Below, piece after piece: positions 37,481 to 51,864 of a stretch of 64,000 nucleotides of DNA. A program made the translations under genes and the position numbers. Location: positions 72,726,001-72,790,000 of the forward strand of contig NC_043002.1 of the NCBI RefSeq assembly GCF_006345805.1, written 5' to 3'. Positions within the stretch are counted from its first letter, which is position 1. Each line of letters begins with the position of its first letter. This DNA is from Octopus sinensis (Eukaryota). The notes below the pieces were generated by a model. It was given only the letters and a program-made list of their open reading frames with translations. It did no database searches and had not been told where the DNA came from.

Positions 37481-37797
37481 GGGAGGCGCAATGGCCCAGT
37501 GGTTAGGGCAGCGGACTCAAAGTCGGAGGATCATGGTTTCGATTCCCAGACCGGGTGTTGTGTGTTTTTATTGTGCGAAAACATCTAAAGCTCCACGAGG
37601 CTTCGGCAGGGAGTGGTCGCAACCCCTGTTGCACTCTTTCGCCCCGACTTTCACTCTTTCTTCCTGTTTCTTGAGTAACGCTGCGATGGACTGGCATCCT
37701 GTCCAGCTGAAGGGTAACACATATGCTATAGAAACCAGGAAACCGGGCCCATGAGCCTGGCTAGTCTTGAAAAGGGTGTATAAATAAATAAAATAAA
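37481..37797 (+). mobile_element. SINE family C copy (tRNA-like A/B boxes)
   Basis: ggaggcgcaatggcccagtggttaggg (A box) ...ggtttcgattccc (B box). Other copies at 5933-6238, 20989-21270, 56463-56762; relatives at 2359-2692 and 44085-44395. Confidence 0.8.
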
Positions 37798-39077
37798 GAC
37801 CTAGAAATATGTTTTAAAAAATAGTATGTTTCATGGAGTATTAAAACTTGCATTCCTTAATAGTGATATTTAAATCTTTGTAATATAAGTTATATATTGT
37901 CTTTAACTATTTTAAATGTGCTGACGTCTTACGCAATAAATATAAAAGAAATTAATGAGCTGAGTGAGTTTAGCATGTTAATAAAGTTGTGAAGGGTTAA
38001 GGTTGTGTGAAGAGTTGATTGAAAGTTCAGCTAGCAAGTATTGTACTTAAATTGAATTAATCACGCTGCCTAATTTTATAACAGCACTGACTGACCATCT
38101 TAGGTTAAATGAGCAACAAATGACTTTCAATGGCTCCCAGGAAGCTATGAGATGTTTTACCAACACTTAGCTCAGAGTGCACTGCTTTGTATAATAGAAA
38201 CAGCTGTAAGCTAATGAATTTCATTATGTAATTCCTCTGTCCTCTTGTCATTGAATGATTTATATACATGCATTTTTGATATAGACATATCAATTTATTA
38301 TATCATTTTGATCAGGACTGTGGAGTCATTAAAAAAAACATAAATCATTCCAATTCCTCTATTTTTAATTAGACTAATCATATATTTCTTATATTGATTG
38401 AAAGCCAACAACATACATGGTCCATGTGAAACATAGTGCTACTTTTCAGTACTGTAACTTGTTTGGATTGATGACTAGCCATACAATTGTGGCTTTTTGT
38501 ATTATTTATTAACGAAATTACTATTAAGCATTTGACAAAACTTACAAAATTATTGCCTATTTCTGTCAAAAGGATATCAAAATACCGCAAAAGAATTGAG
38601 AATATTTTTGTTTACCAGTTTGTAAATCTAAAAGGTTATCTAAAACAAATGAGAAAAAAGACTATTTTAAGAGAAATGAATTTCATTAGATACTTATACC
38701 TTCCTTTCGGAGACTAAAGCATTGTTATACAAACATGACGTGAATGTAATAAGAAAGATTACTGTATTTGATGTCGTATAAGACATGCATTTTTTTCCAA
38801 AAAATGACTCAAAAATCACCACAGATCCTAATGCAAGTTTGCTTGAAATATTATGTACTTCAATGCCTTAAGAACTTTTTTTCCTGAAAATGTGCTGCTA
38901 AAATTGAGAAATATGCCAACATCTTATTCTTAAAAGCCAAACTGATTCTAAAAGATTCTTGCTCATAGAAACCATTAAATCTGATTTATTTTTGAAATTT
39001 TAATGCAGCTTATTACATTTTACTTTCAGTTAGGTTCAGAATATTTTTACCAATTAATTTAAGCATTCTGAACATAC

Positions 39078-39492
39078 AGGCGCGGGAATGGCTGTGTGTT
39101 AAGTAGCTTGCTTACCAACCACATGGTTCGAAATAAATATTTCTTAATAAAGAAATAGGTTCTGGGTTCAGTCCCACTGCATGGCACCTTGAGCAAGTGT
39201 CTTCTACTATAGCCTCAGGCTGACCAAAGCCTTGTGAGTGGATTTGGTAGACGGAAACTGAAAGAAGCCCGTCGTATATATGTATATAATATGCGTGTGT
39301 ATTTGTCCCCCCCAACATCGCTTGACAACCGATGCTGGTGTGTTTACATCCCCGTAACTTAGCAGTTCAGCAAAAAGAGACTGATAGAATAAGTACTAGG
39401 ATTACAAAGAATAGGTCCTGGGGTCGATTTGCTCGACTAAATGCGGTGCCCCAGCATGGCCACAGTCAAATGACTGAAACAAGTAAGAGAGT
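39078..39492 (+). mobile_element. SINE family A copy
   Basis: Full-length copy with a short AT-rich insert in the head. Confidence 0.8.
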
Positions 39493-41580
39493 ATATAACT
39501 GTGTGTAGATGTACATGGTTGTGAAGTTTGCTTCAAAACTATGTGGTTTGAGGTTCTATTCCAGTGTTTTACTTTGGGCAAGGATCTACTAGTATATATA
39601 GCCTTGGACTAGCCAATGACTTGTGAGTTGTATTTGGTAGCCAGAAACTGTATGAAGACTTGTGAGTGGGTGTTCATTTGTACATCTTTGTATTGACACT
39701 GTTTGAGCAATGGTTTACATCTTGTATAAACACAGTTCAACATTTGAAAATGAGCGGAATAACAATGCCTCACCTGAAAAGTAGGTAAGGGCTAGAAACA
39801 AGAACCTGCAACCATAGAATACTGGATCAGTAAGTCTTATCCAACCCACACCAGCATGAAAAAATGTTAAGAGATGTGCACAGAAACACATAGAATTATT
39901 TTAATCTCCATCTTCACATGTGTTTCATCTAGCAAAATAACCAAACTGAAAAAAGACTGTTAATGACTGACAGGGCATTGCCCTTTTAGTAAAAGACAAA
40001 CAGTATACTGTGTCCATTGGAAATACTGAACAGTACTAAGAAATGTGATGGTCTAAGAAGGAAATCATCTGATTACACATTATCATCTGCACTTTTTGAG
40101 CTTCAGATTCCTCGTACTTTCTGCAGTGGGACCTGACTGGTAATCTGGCAAAAGACTCAACACCAGTCTTATTTGTTTTAGGTTTCTTTCTAGTTTTGAT
40201 TTTACAATACAATCATGTTACATGATATGAATTGTTTTCTGGCATCAAAGAGCCTTTCTCTTTGTGGATTTTCATTTAGTGATTACTTGTATTCATCTCT
40301 TCTGCAAGACAGTTACTCAATCACATCTGTCTGTACTATACCCATTCAATTGAAAGGTCTTGTCTTGTGCTTACTTGGTAGTGCTGGTGCCATGAAAAAA
40401 GCATCCAGTCTACTCTGAGGTACTCAGTAAAGTGGTTGATGTTAGGGAAGGATCCAGCTGTAAAAATCATACCCAATATTGGAGCTCAGCACATCCCTTT
40501 AGCTTATCAGATCCTGTTGTACCTTCCAGTCCCTGTCAGCATGGGAAAAGGATGTTAATGATGATGATTGTGACAATGACAGTTGCTAATTTGATCCCAC
40601 TGCATGGAACTTTAGACAAGTTTCTCCTACAACAGCCTCAGATCAAAGTCTTGTGAATGAAATTTAGTTGACTGAAACTGTGGATTCTCATCAGAATGAC
40701 AATACTTATTCATGGCCAGCAGTTCAGTTTAATAGTATCACATGGCTCTTGGATGCCTTTATCAGAGTCCACTTCATTACATGCATTCAGATATTGTCTC
40801 TGAAAAGAATCATGTACACTGCCCACACTTGGTGAAGCCTTTAAAAAGTTTTTTATTTTCTCCCTTACTCTTTCTATCTTCCTGGTCTTCTTCTATGACC
40901 TTCTGTTGGTATTTAGAATTACAAAGCATTCATTTGCAACCTGGCACCATGGCAGCACAACACTGCTAAACATTGTTGACTACAGCCATGTGTTTTGATG
41001 ATACATTTCTACTCCTGCCTGTATTTAAGTGGATTTTTAGCCCTTCAAGGTGCTATCCAAGAAAAATGTGAGATCAAATAATCATACTAGTGCTTAAAAA
41101 AGTCAAATTGCTGAAGAAATTCTTAAAGGAACATCTGTAAGGACTTTCACATCATCAACTTTATATGACTTAAACAAAAGAAGCTGATTTTGAAGATTTT
41201 TGCAGAAAACGGAAATCAGTAAAATTTAAAGTTTTAGTAAACATTGAAAGGTGCCAGGAGTGTCGGTTTAGACAATGAAGTTATAGTGATGTAAGCTACT
41301 ACATAACGTAGCTGTAAGCATTACTGGAGATGTATTTATGGAACCAGCTAAAGTTAGAATATGATTTGCTTGTACACATAATGTTTACATGTAACAATAA
41401 AAACCTTGTTTTGAAAGCCTTATTAGTATTATTAATGCTGCTTGCTTCCCAACCACATGGCTCCAAGTTCAATCCCACTGCCTGGTACCATGAGCAGGTA
41501 TCATCTACTATAGCCAGACACTCTATCCCAGCTAATCTAAGCTTTGTGAGTAGATGTGAGAGCCTGTCGCGTGTGTGTAC

Positions 41581-41613
<33 letters not shown>

Positions 41614-44600
41614 ACTTAGTGGTTCAGCAAAAGAGACCTATAGAATAAGTAAAAGATGTATATAAAGGCATAAGCATAGCTCTGTGGGAAGCAGTTTGCT
41701 TTCCAGCTTCAGTGCCACTGCATGGCACTTTGTGCCTTCTGTTTTACCCCTGAGCCAGCCTAACCCGGTCATGGGGAAATATTGCCTTGCTTGGAAATAG
41801 GTGAGGGTTGGTGACAGGAAGGGCACTCACTCAAAGAAAATCTGCCTTGATACGCTCCATCTTTTTCATACAAGCATGGAACAATGATGTGTGTATGAGG
41901 ATAAGGCAGCTTAGCTGTGTGATTAAGAAGTTTACTTTGCAATCATGTGTTTTGGGTTCAGTCCCACTGCATAGCACCTTGGCTATGCAACTTCTACTTA
42001 AGCCGTGGGCCAACAAAGTCTTGTGAGCAGATTTGGTAGATGGAAACTGAAAGAAACCCAATCGTGTCACATTGTTCAATGAAACCTTTCATAATTTAAA
42101 GCAGAAGGATGTAAATAATGATTTTTATGTGAGGAACAATGTTGTTCAATACAATCTTTATTTGAGAATCTGATTTGTAAGATTTTAGGCAGCTGTTTTC
42201 AACAGGTGGAGCAAGAACTAGATAATTGTGTGTGCGTATATACATTAAACCTTGACATGTCTGGTGTTTAGAAGTGTTCCATAGCTGCAATACATCTTTT
42301 TTGTTATGTAAATACATAGATTTCAGACAAATCTAACCTATATATAATGGGAAGGTGTAACATTGCATAACGACAAAACCCTAATTTGAAACAAGCCTTT
42401 TTCCTCTACTCATTATTTAACATATTTTAAACAAAATATTCTCAGTTAAAAGATTGTAAATGTATATTTCTTAACCCTTTACCTGTGCTGTTTATCACAT
42501 ATTTCCCTAGCATCTGTGCATCATTTATGATATTCATTCCCAGTTCTTTTCTATCTCCAGAATAACTTGGGACTTATGAAAGGAAAGTTTTATATGCACA
42601 GAGGCTGTAAACAAACTTAAGAAAATGCTTCAAACAGGCAAAGGGCTGAGATTATGAGACCTATTGCATTTAATCAAACTAGCTCAGTTGAAGGCATTAA
42701 ACTGAAGATCTAAAAGTTCCCTGCTCCGGTCTTTGGTTTTGGCAGGATAGAATTATCACTGATTGAAATTTCTTTAATTAGACTGGCTTAAAAGTTGGAA
42801 ATCATGTCAGTTTTATCCCCCACTTACTCAATCTTCAACCCCCACACACAGCCATGACAAAATGTTTACAAAATTGGAAATTCAGAACATGATTTAGTTT
42901 CCAATAAAGAAATAAACTCTTGTCTATTCTGTCCTATCTCCTTAAAGAGAGAAACAACTTGCTTGTGCGGGTGCTGCCAATTGAAAGCTCCGCCTACTGA
43001 CAACAGTAGGTTACAAGGACCATCAGATGAGAATGCACTCTGTTTTGGAGCCTTGCTTTTTAGCAGCTTTACAGTTTTCCACTCCCACTTCCAGATATGA
43101 AGCCCTACCTACTGGATCTGTTGTCTAGTATTTGATCTTAACTTAGGTCCTTCATTTTGGGATCTTCAATACCATTCAAATTCTGGAGTCATACAGGGCT
43201 GACTTGCCATACAGACAATTATACATAACTTCTTTAACCAGTTTCTGTCATACCTGTTCAGCCTTATCCCAATGGCTGGCTCTCTCAACTGTTGATTGGA
43301 TTTCCTTTCAAGATGGTGATAGTTTGGCAACGAATTTCTCTACTAGTAACAGGAAAATAAACACTCTATCCCACTGTATCTATAAATACTTCTGATTTTC
43401 ATTTTTTACCTGGGTCTGTTTCATGTGGCTTTTGGCTTACTAAGCTCTATGACTCATTTTAGCATCAGAAATGCTATCTGCATCTCATAGTAAAATTGAA
43501 TCAGCTCTTGATTTTTTCAATGTTGTGAGAGAGAAAATCCTTCAAATTCATCATTGGAATCAATTGTTATCAGTTGTAAAGTAACATGTGCATTGTTTTG
43601 TGGAGTAAAATTAATTCTAAATTCTATTGTAACTAAAATTGCTCACCAAAAATTTAACTGTTTTAAAACATTTATAAGAGTTTTTCATAGCAACTTGAGT
43701 GTATAAACTAATAAAATAAAATTTCCAAAGGAAGTGTACAATCATAAGATAGCTATCAGCAAGCACTTTTCTTGTTTGTGCTATATTGCCATCAAGGCAC
43801 AACACCTTTAGTTCTTGGTGAATATTTGGTGATCAGGATTTTATGGTTTAATAAGGCATATCTGTGCTTGATTTAGTTTCCAATTTTCTCATGTTTATTA
43901 TAGAATGAAGTGATTGGGCATAGTTCATTTGGACACTGATGATTTCTCTTGGTTGACTGAACAGTCGTACTTTTCGGTACTGGAAGCAAACATAGACACG
44001 CGTATATACAGATAGAGAGAGATAGCAACATTGCAAATTATCAATTGAACACAACTGACATAAACACTGTCCTTTCTCCTCATGAAAGCACGTGACTTAG
44101 TGGTTAGTATATTTGGCTCACAATCATAAAGTTGTGAGTTCGGTTTCTGGCAGCGTGTTGTGTCTTTGAGCGAGACACTTTATTCTACATTCAGCTGGCA
44201 GAAATTAGTTCTGTATCTGTATTTCAAAGGGCCAGCATTGTCATTCGGTATGTCTGGCTGAAACTCTTTGATAATTACATTAAGGGTATCTATGTCTGTG
44301 GAGTACTCAGCCACTTGCACATTAATTTCACAAGCAGACTTTGCTGTTGATCAAATCAACTGAAACACTTGTCATCATAACCAACGGATACCTAGCCAGT
44401 TTCTCGTGTACTTAAAGAGAAATATACCCTCACATAAACAGAGGTGAAGAGGGAGAGAACGGGAGGGACATTTGAACATCTGATGTCAAATAAGTCAGCA
44501 TTGAATTAGCACTGCCAAAATACTACCTCCCCATTTATTAAGACCTTGTGACAATAGTGTGCTCATGGCAGATCAAGCCAGCTTACCATTTTCCTTACTT

Positions 44601-44701
44601 TACTAGTAGCAGTTTAGGAAATGCATGCCTATTACAACAAATTTCTAGACCATTTCCAATGTAAAACATTTATTTTGTAAATCTTACTTTTTCTCTTCTA
44701 G

Positions 44702-44860
44702 GTAAAAAACAGAAGAAGCGGAAAGGAAAGACTTTTAATCTAAATGACTTTCTGGCAGATGAACAGCGTGGGTTACCTGGGGGACCAGGTAGCAATATTG
44801 TGCGGACAAGGCAGACAATGAATTCTTGGGCGGAAGAAGCTGCAAGTCTTGATCTTGATG
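44702..44860 (+). CDS. EIF4B: EIF4B coding exon 2
   Basis: ttctag acceptor, G|gtaagt donor, 159 nt; GKKQKKRKGKTFNLNDFLADE...SWAEEAASLDLD. Confidence 0.95.
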
Positions 44861-45133
44861 GTAAGTATATTAAGAAATAAAAGTTATTTTGAGGCACTTG
44901 CCTGCTTTTCTGTCACACCTTTCAAATACTGAAATATCAAACAAATCATTTTAATAGGGAATCTCCAAGTAGATGAAGTTATAAATAATGGTATGGAGAA
45001 TATTGGGTTTAAAATCCCTTGAATAGAAAAAAAATGGCAATGGCTACCTGTGGAATGGTAACACATCTCAGCCATCAACTTTTTCCTATCCAAGAGTGTT
45101 TTTGACCCATTATTCTACATGTTGTTATCTATA

Positions 45134-45537
45134 GCGGATCTTTTCGGCTTGAACGGCAGTTTTCAACATAATTTCTAGGTAACTAAAAAATTTTAAACTT
45201 CGTATACTGGTAGAATGTGTTTATAAAACATGTTTTTCTCTTGGCTTTATTGAGAAAATTCTATAGTTTGTAAGATATTTGTTTTGTTTTTTTTCTTCAA
45301 TTTCTGCAATTTCAACCAATCAGTAACGTCCATTGAAGTAAAAAAAAACATTCTGTGCCGTATGAATATGTCCCTTGTTTAAGAAACAGATTGGGTTTAT
45401 TTACATTTGTGAAGAAAAAAAATACCCTTCTCCAACCCCATTGAAATGCAATAGATCGATTCTAGGGTCATAATTATGGGTGACAATTTCATATGACGCT
45501 GCTAGAAAAAACTGCCATTCAAACCGAAAAGATCCTC
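45134..45537. mobile_element. MITE with ~30-bp TIRs and TA flanks
   Basis: gcggatcttttcggcttgaacggcagtttt versus the reverse complement of aaaactgccattcaaaccgaaaagatcctc. Confidence 0.7.
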
Positions 45538-47579
45538 TAGAGCATTGTCTATGAGTTTACCATTAAAACAATTTATTTGATGTCACAATGTTTCTAATAT
45601 CAAAAAAATGCTTATTAAAATATCACTTTTCCTCAATATTTGCAATAAGTTGTGACAGCATTCAGTGAAGTGTATGACAAAATGTTTGTATCACTTTGCC
45701 CATTCATGTGGCTGTGATGGATTTCAATAAACTAACCTGTAAACTTCAACATAAACAATACTGATGAATTAAAAATGCACATTTTCTCTGCTAACCTTTA
45801 CCTAAATAGTATCTAATAGGTTTAATTCAACAAACATCAACTCTTTAAGTATAGTTCCACTAGTACATGACTAAATGTGTCCTGAAATATATGTAACAGC
45901 AATTTTAAAAATTATTGTTTTGGAATTGATGTTTTCCCCTCAATTTTTGAGCATCGTATGGTGGTTAGAATTTGGTGATATTTCTTCATTGTTTATTATT
46001 AATTTGATAATTCAAAAATAGGAGAGCTTCCAAGCTCTCATTTCAGTGCCATCCATACATGCTAATAATCCATGTCATATTGATCAGAATTTGTTGATTC
46101 TTGGCAGGAGTGGAGTGATCATGTAGTTGATCACTGCATCAATGCTGTTGTTAGTAATGTAGTGTCATGAAAATTTTGAACTTAAAGCAAAGCTCATTGG
46201 GTATTCAAAACTTTTTCCTAAAGCAACTTTTGTCAAGCTGAGTGATGAGACTAAATATGCACATCAACAAGGCAACACTGCCTTCATTGCATCAATGTGG
46301 GAAATGACAATATATCTTGGAATGCATTTTTTAATAGGAGTGGTGCAGCTTTTTAGTTATAGGATATACTAAACACGTCAGCTCTGAAACACTAAATCAG
46401 TGCCTAGGAATAAAAAAAATCTTGTAAATATATGTGAAAACGTTCTACCTATAATCAAATTACCTCTCTTAAGAAGTTAGGTGAGGTGAGAAAATATAAC
46501 CAATTTTAAAAGAGTTTGATATTTCCATAGCTTTATATAGTTTAATCATTGAACATCAATAAAATTTATCATTGTTATTGGAAATACAAAATGCAGTTAA
46601 ATATTGAATAATAAGATTACTGAATTTCATTGGGTGGAGTAGAGGTGCTTGACTCTTGTTATCTTGCATGGTCATGAATTCAAACCTTGCTTCTCTCAAT
46701 TAACAAGAAGGTTTTTTTTTATGCATACTTCAGTGATAAGTATGATATCGTATAGCTGTAAAAAGATCTGCTCCCTGTATGTGCATTCTCTAAATTTGAT
46801 AAAACCATCCTACTTGAGTGCAATGAATGTGTTGTGGGGGAAAGTTTAGTTTTATTATTTTGATGGAATCTGTGGTGCATTTATGAATCAAAATTCATTG
46901 AACTCTTGTCTGTTTTTAATCAATTTTATTTGAAAATATTTTACTACACAAACTTCATTTTAGAAAAAAGTTATATTTGTCTTTTTGATGCTACCTCCAT
47001 ATATCAGGGCTTGGTAGAGGATGCATCTAATTCTAGGAGGAAAATTTCATAATCACCAAATCCCTAGCCACATGGAGAGGCAGTGCCTATCAGGCACATG
47101 ATAGATGCCTGTTATTAAAACAAAATTGGTGGGCAAGCCAGTAGCATTCTTGTGCTTGTTGTTGAGCAAAATCACCAAACAGTGGCCACCTCCACCTAAT
47201 TGTTCTGCAGTTCTCAAACATTGTGGAAGATGGCCAATAATTTTCAAGTTTATATTTTTCTCACAAAATATGCATGTCTTACATGCCAAAAAAATACAGT
47301 ATTTACTTGATTTTGCTCTCAGAAAAAAAAAACATTAAAATAAACATCCTATTTTATTGATAGCTGGTGCAGTACAATAGTTTAATTTTCAAACTAATGC
47401 TTGATATATTACTTGGTTTAATATTTTGTCATTTTTGTTTCATCTTATTTACTTTGTTTTCAAGATAATCAGATTTTTTTGTTTTTTTTTATAAACAAAC
47501 TTCTGAACTAAAAAATGTTTGCTCCAAGTTTGGCAAATTTTACGGACTTAATTATATTTTAAGAACCTTTTTCTTTTAG

Positions 47580-47773
47580 GGAGAGATTATGGAGATAGTA
47601 CCTATAAAACTGTTATTGACCGTTCCATGCTGCCTACGGCACCAAGGGCAGCACGAGGTCCTGATATTAACCTTGAAAGTATCCCACAAACAGCCCCATT
47701 TATAGCTTATATCGGAAATCTACCATATGATATCGAGCAAGAAAAAATTGCCAAATTTTTTTCGAAGCTGAAG
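47580..47773 (+). CDS. EIF4B: EIF4B coding exon 3 (RRM start, RNP2)
   Basis: ttttag / AAG|gtaaga, 194 nt; LPTAPRAARGPD...YIGNLPYDIEQEKIAKFF. Confidence 0.97.
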
Positions 47774-47886
47774 GTAAGACATTTTAATGTGTGATTGCAT
47801 GCATGCTTACTGTGAGATTTCTTATTTTATATACATGTATGTTTAAACATATGAGGACAGTTTACTAAATTCCTTTCATTTATTAG

Positions 47887-47991
47887 GTATCCGAAATCAG
47901 GTTGCCGCTTGACAGAGGATCTCGTGGATTTGGTTATGTTTACTTCTCGGACAGAGAATCTCTTATAGAGGCATTATCTATGAATGACGAT
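47887..47991 (+). CDS. EIF4B: EIF4B coding exon 4 (RNP1)
   Basis: tattag / GAT|gtaagt, 105 nt; VSEIRLPLDRGSRGFGYVYFSDRESLIEALSMNDD. Confidence 0.95.
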
Positions 47992-49931
47992 GTAAGTTGT
48001 TTTGTTTTTGTTTTTTTTTTGTTTTGTTTTTTTTTTTTTAATATGAGTATAGGTATGTCACTTTTAGGAAAGTCTTATAGAAAGATCGACATTCTTGGAA
48101 GTAACCTTTCGGTCTTTTATCCAGATAAATTGCAGTGAGGCATCCATTGTCTATTTAGTGTTGAAAATTAAGATTATTCATGTGAAAAGTGAATTAAGGA
48201 AATTTGTATGGGCAATAGCTGCTGTTTTATCCAAAGAAATAAATAACTGTTTGGTATTTTAAAATATGGTTTTTTCATCTATAAATAAGAATGATACTTG
48301 CATAAAGATTTTGCTGCTGGATAATACTGATATATGATAATTAAAAACTGTTTTAAAATTGATTTCATACCAAGTGTGTTGACACATGTATTTTGGTGTA
48401 TAATCATTAATATTGTAGCTGTGTCTTAGTGGTTAGTGTGTTGGGTTCACAGTTGTAATGATGAAGGTTCAGTCCTAGACTAGGTGATATGTCTCATTGA
48501 GAAAGGCAGTTAATTCTTCCACTCTATTCTGCTAAAATGAGTAGCGGCAGTATTTGTAACACACTGGTGTTCTGTCCAGAAGGTAGTTTTGTACTCTTTG
48601 CTACTTACAACATCTCAAACCAGGATACGCTCTGGTCAAATGATCCCGTTGGCTTGAGATAGATTGACTTTTTTAACGTCAACCTAGCCTTTTAAGAATC
48701 ATCTTTTTTTGTGCCATAAGTGATTTGGGAGAGTCTACTCTCAGCGTATTATTGACTCTGTGGTAAATTCCATTGTGGAGCCCTGGATTCTAACATCTAA
48801 TCTCATCACTTCTCCCTTTGTCTTCCTCTTTCATGGGTACGCTTGTTTAGTTTATCTCTATCCTCTGTAGATTTTCCCTCATTTGGCTCATATTTCACTT
48901 CCATGCAATATAACACTTCTACAGAATATTTTTGTACAAAAAGAGAACACATTTATTACCAACAGAAACAACTACTACTTTGATTTTTGCCCATTCTTGA
49001 CCTTTACTACAAAGCTTTTGCTACATCCATCTTCTCCATTAATTACCTATATCACCTAAATAGCAGAAACTAGCAATTGTTTCTTGTGAAACATCTGACT
49101 ATTTCATGGACATCATTTTATGGTCCTTCGATCACAAAATATTCATGTGTACATCACAGATGAAGCCTCAATTCCCCTGTTAGATATCCTACTGCACCTT
49201 TATGTGCATCAGATATACATTATAGCATTCCTACATACTGAGGAAGACCACAACCCATATAGGACTGGCATTTGTTACTCTCTCTTCTTAGCCCTTTGAT
49301 CTGTTAATATGACATAGCCTCAAGGGCTACTATGAATTGGAAGAATGTGGACGACTTCAGTAGGCACTTTTTTTTTTATATGATTTGCATGGTTCTTACA
49401 AGCACCTAGTAAGTAGCAAAAGAAGAGACCTAAGTTGCTGCTTAATTCAATTTGTTAAACTGATTTGAATTTATTTTTTTTCCTCCTGTGTAGATCTGTT
49501 ACACAAAGGTTTACTTATATTTTAATCTGTATACCGAAAAGTTTTTATATTTATTCTTAGTTTTTGTTTAATAGGTTTTATTAGATCTAGAAGGTTGATA
49601 TTGGTGTTCAAAAGTAATTTAAACTGGCTTGAATTGGCCTCTCACACCTATCCTACAATGTCATCCTAAAATATATAATCACATCATTGAATTCTTAAAG
49701 CTATGAGACAATGTATGATTAATTCAGACAAGTCTAAACAAATATTTCTGTCACAGTACCTCAGGCAAAACTACTGTCAGTATGTATGTATGTGTGTGTA
49801 TATATACATATATAGTCCCTTCCTGTATTGTCAATTCGAGTATTACTGTTTTATTAAAGTGGTCTCTATATCTCCATCGAAAATGTTACCTAAATCTTCA
49901 GAAAGATTTTCATCTTGTGTACTGTTTTCAG

Positions 49932-49977
49932 GTGATTCATGGAAGAAAGATTCGCATTGACTTGCCAGGAAACACAG
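49932..49977 (+). CDS. EIF4B: EIF4B coding exon 5 (RRM end)
   Basis: tttcag / G|gtaagg, 46 nt; VIHGRKIRIDLPGNT. Confidence 0.93.
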
Positions 49978-51795
49978 GTAAGGAGACTTGTGAATTCTAT
50001 AAATTTCCTTTTTGTTACAGCAGCACTTTGTGAAACACTTGAAATGTTTGTATTATTTAAAATGGCTTAGACAGGAGAAAGGTTAGTGCTCATGATTGTT
50101 TTTTAGGCTCTCCAGGATTGGTAGAGGAAGGAAGGAAAGGAGTTATTATCAAGATATAGACCTAGCCTAAATGCTTGCAACAGAATGCTTGGATCTGATA
50201 GAGCCAGGCAGTGGCATTAAAGAAAGCAATAAATTAAGACTGCTTTCTGTTGCATCATCATCGTTTCACTCAAACTTTGGTCAAACCTAGATTATGTTAG
50301 AAGACACTCACTCAAAGTGCTACTGAGTGGGATTGGACTTAAAACAATGTTATTGCAAAGGGAACATCTTAACCACACAGCCATACCTACACTCTTGTTA
50401 CACATATGGTAGGAAAAGAAACACAGTACAATATTGGTTAAAACCTACAAATAATTGTTTTCTGATATCTACTTGTATATATGATTTCAAATTCAAGCTC
50501 TGTGTTCAGATCAGTATGTGCACATTATCAAATTCTTCTGTGGAAGGATCGTTATTTTCATTATTTAGCCCTTCTGATACCAAAGTACCTGAAACCAGCC
50601 AATAATTTCAGTGGCGAATGTTACCAACCTGGCTGAAAATGGCCACATTAGTACATTCATCGAAAACATATGGTTTCATCCACCATTATTGTACATGATG
50701 TGTGAGTGCTGTGGGTGTTTGGAGATTTTTTTTGCACTTCAGTTTTCTGAAATGTTTCACTGAAGATGAAAGCTGGACACCAGTTTCATGTTGTCAAGCA
50801 ACAAGTTTGAATTCAAAGTATTTTCAAATGAAAAGAAAAATCAAAGAAACTGTACAACAGACATAAAAACCACATGAGTGGTTATGAATCTATATTTCTT
50901 TTTTTGAAAGTGAAACAATTCTCACAAGTTCTGATTGCAATAAACAAAAAAATGATTTTGTACCTGAATATAGTAAAAATCTAAAACTGTTTTTCTTAGT
51001 TATTTTTAGGAAGATATTAGATGTAGCTACAATTTTTCCAAAGAAATGAAACTTAGATTTTTTAATAGTTTTTTTTTTTTTTTTAATTTGTTTCTGAGGG
51101 AATAAATTGTTATACAGAACATAAAGAGGGAAAATGATGTTTTGAGTTTTTCAGTTGGAGGAAAGCTAGAAATCCCAGCATTTTTAGGAAATTGTGTGTG
51201 TATGTGGAGAGAGGGTTATAAGCAATTTTTTTCAACTTACTTGCAAAATCCATGGCAAAGTCTGATTAATTTGGTGAATCATTATTATGTGTTTCTGTGT
51301 ATTTATGTATTTCATTTAGTTGTTGGCTTACATTTCATTTCCTAGTTTTCTTCAAAGACAAATTTCATTATTCCATTATGTCTTAGGTACAATAAGTTCA
51401 AGTGATAACTAATTCAGTAATTTCCACAGTTCTTCTCTATTATTAAAATTTTGTTATATACTCATTGAATATTAGCTAATAACTAATTTTCTATGCTGCT
51501 GTTTAAACAAAATTTAAATAATTCAATAATTTGATGAATTTACCAGTAATTAGAATCGCTGTGAGACAGGTGTAAATCTGTGATATATTTTAGAATTTAA
51601 TTGAAACACATAAGGGGTGTATTTTGGTTAGAAATATAGTAATGTAAGGGTTAATATTCTACGTGGTGCTGGAATTATAATTGCCATGCCATGACACTGT
51701 TTCCATAAGATCTAAGCTATTTTTTATTATTAACCCTATTTCCTTTGTTGAATTTTAAGAGTTTGAATTAATATGTTTGTGTTCTTTATTTTAAG

Positions 51796-51864
51796 ATCGT
51801 GATGACAGACGAGGTGGGCATGACCACTTTGATCGAACGGATTGTGACTGGAGACGTCCTAGAG
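51796..51864 (+). CDS. EIF4B: EIF4B coding exon 6
   Basis: tttaag / G|gttagt, 69 nt; DRDDRRGGHDHFDRTDCDWRRPR (cf. the D.T..DWR motif of eIF4B). Confidence 0.9.

Noticed and set aside
37481-37560. tRNA-like A/B boxes in SINE heads
   Set aside because: No complete cloverleaf; each continues into a SINE body, so they are not tRNA genes.
42900-43600. Possible ancient LINE remnants here and at 19600-19960 and 48600-49430
   Set aside because: Composition suggests decayed coding sequence, but I could not recover diagnostic motifs by eye.
46090-46330. Hairpins (agtgatca/tgatcact; aaggca/tgcctt) as another H/ACA snoRNA
   Set aside because: No properly placed H box, and the ACA is ~22 nt from the upper stem rather than 14-15.
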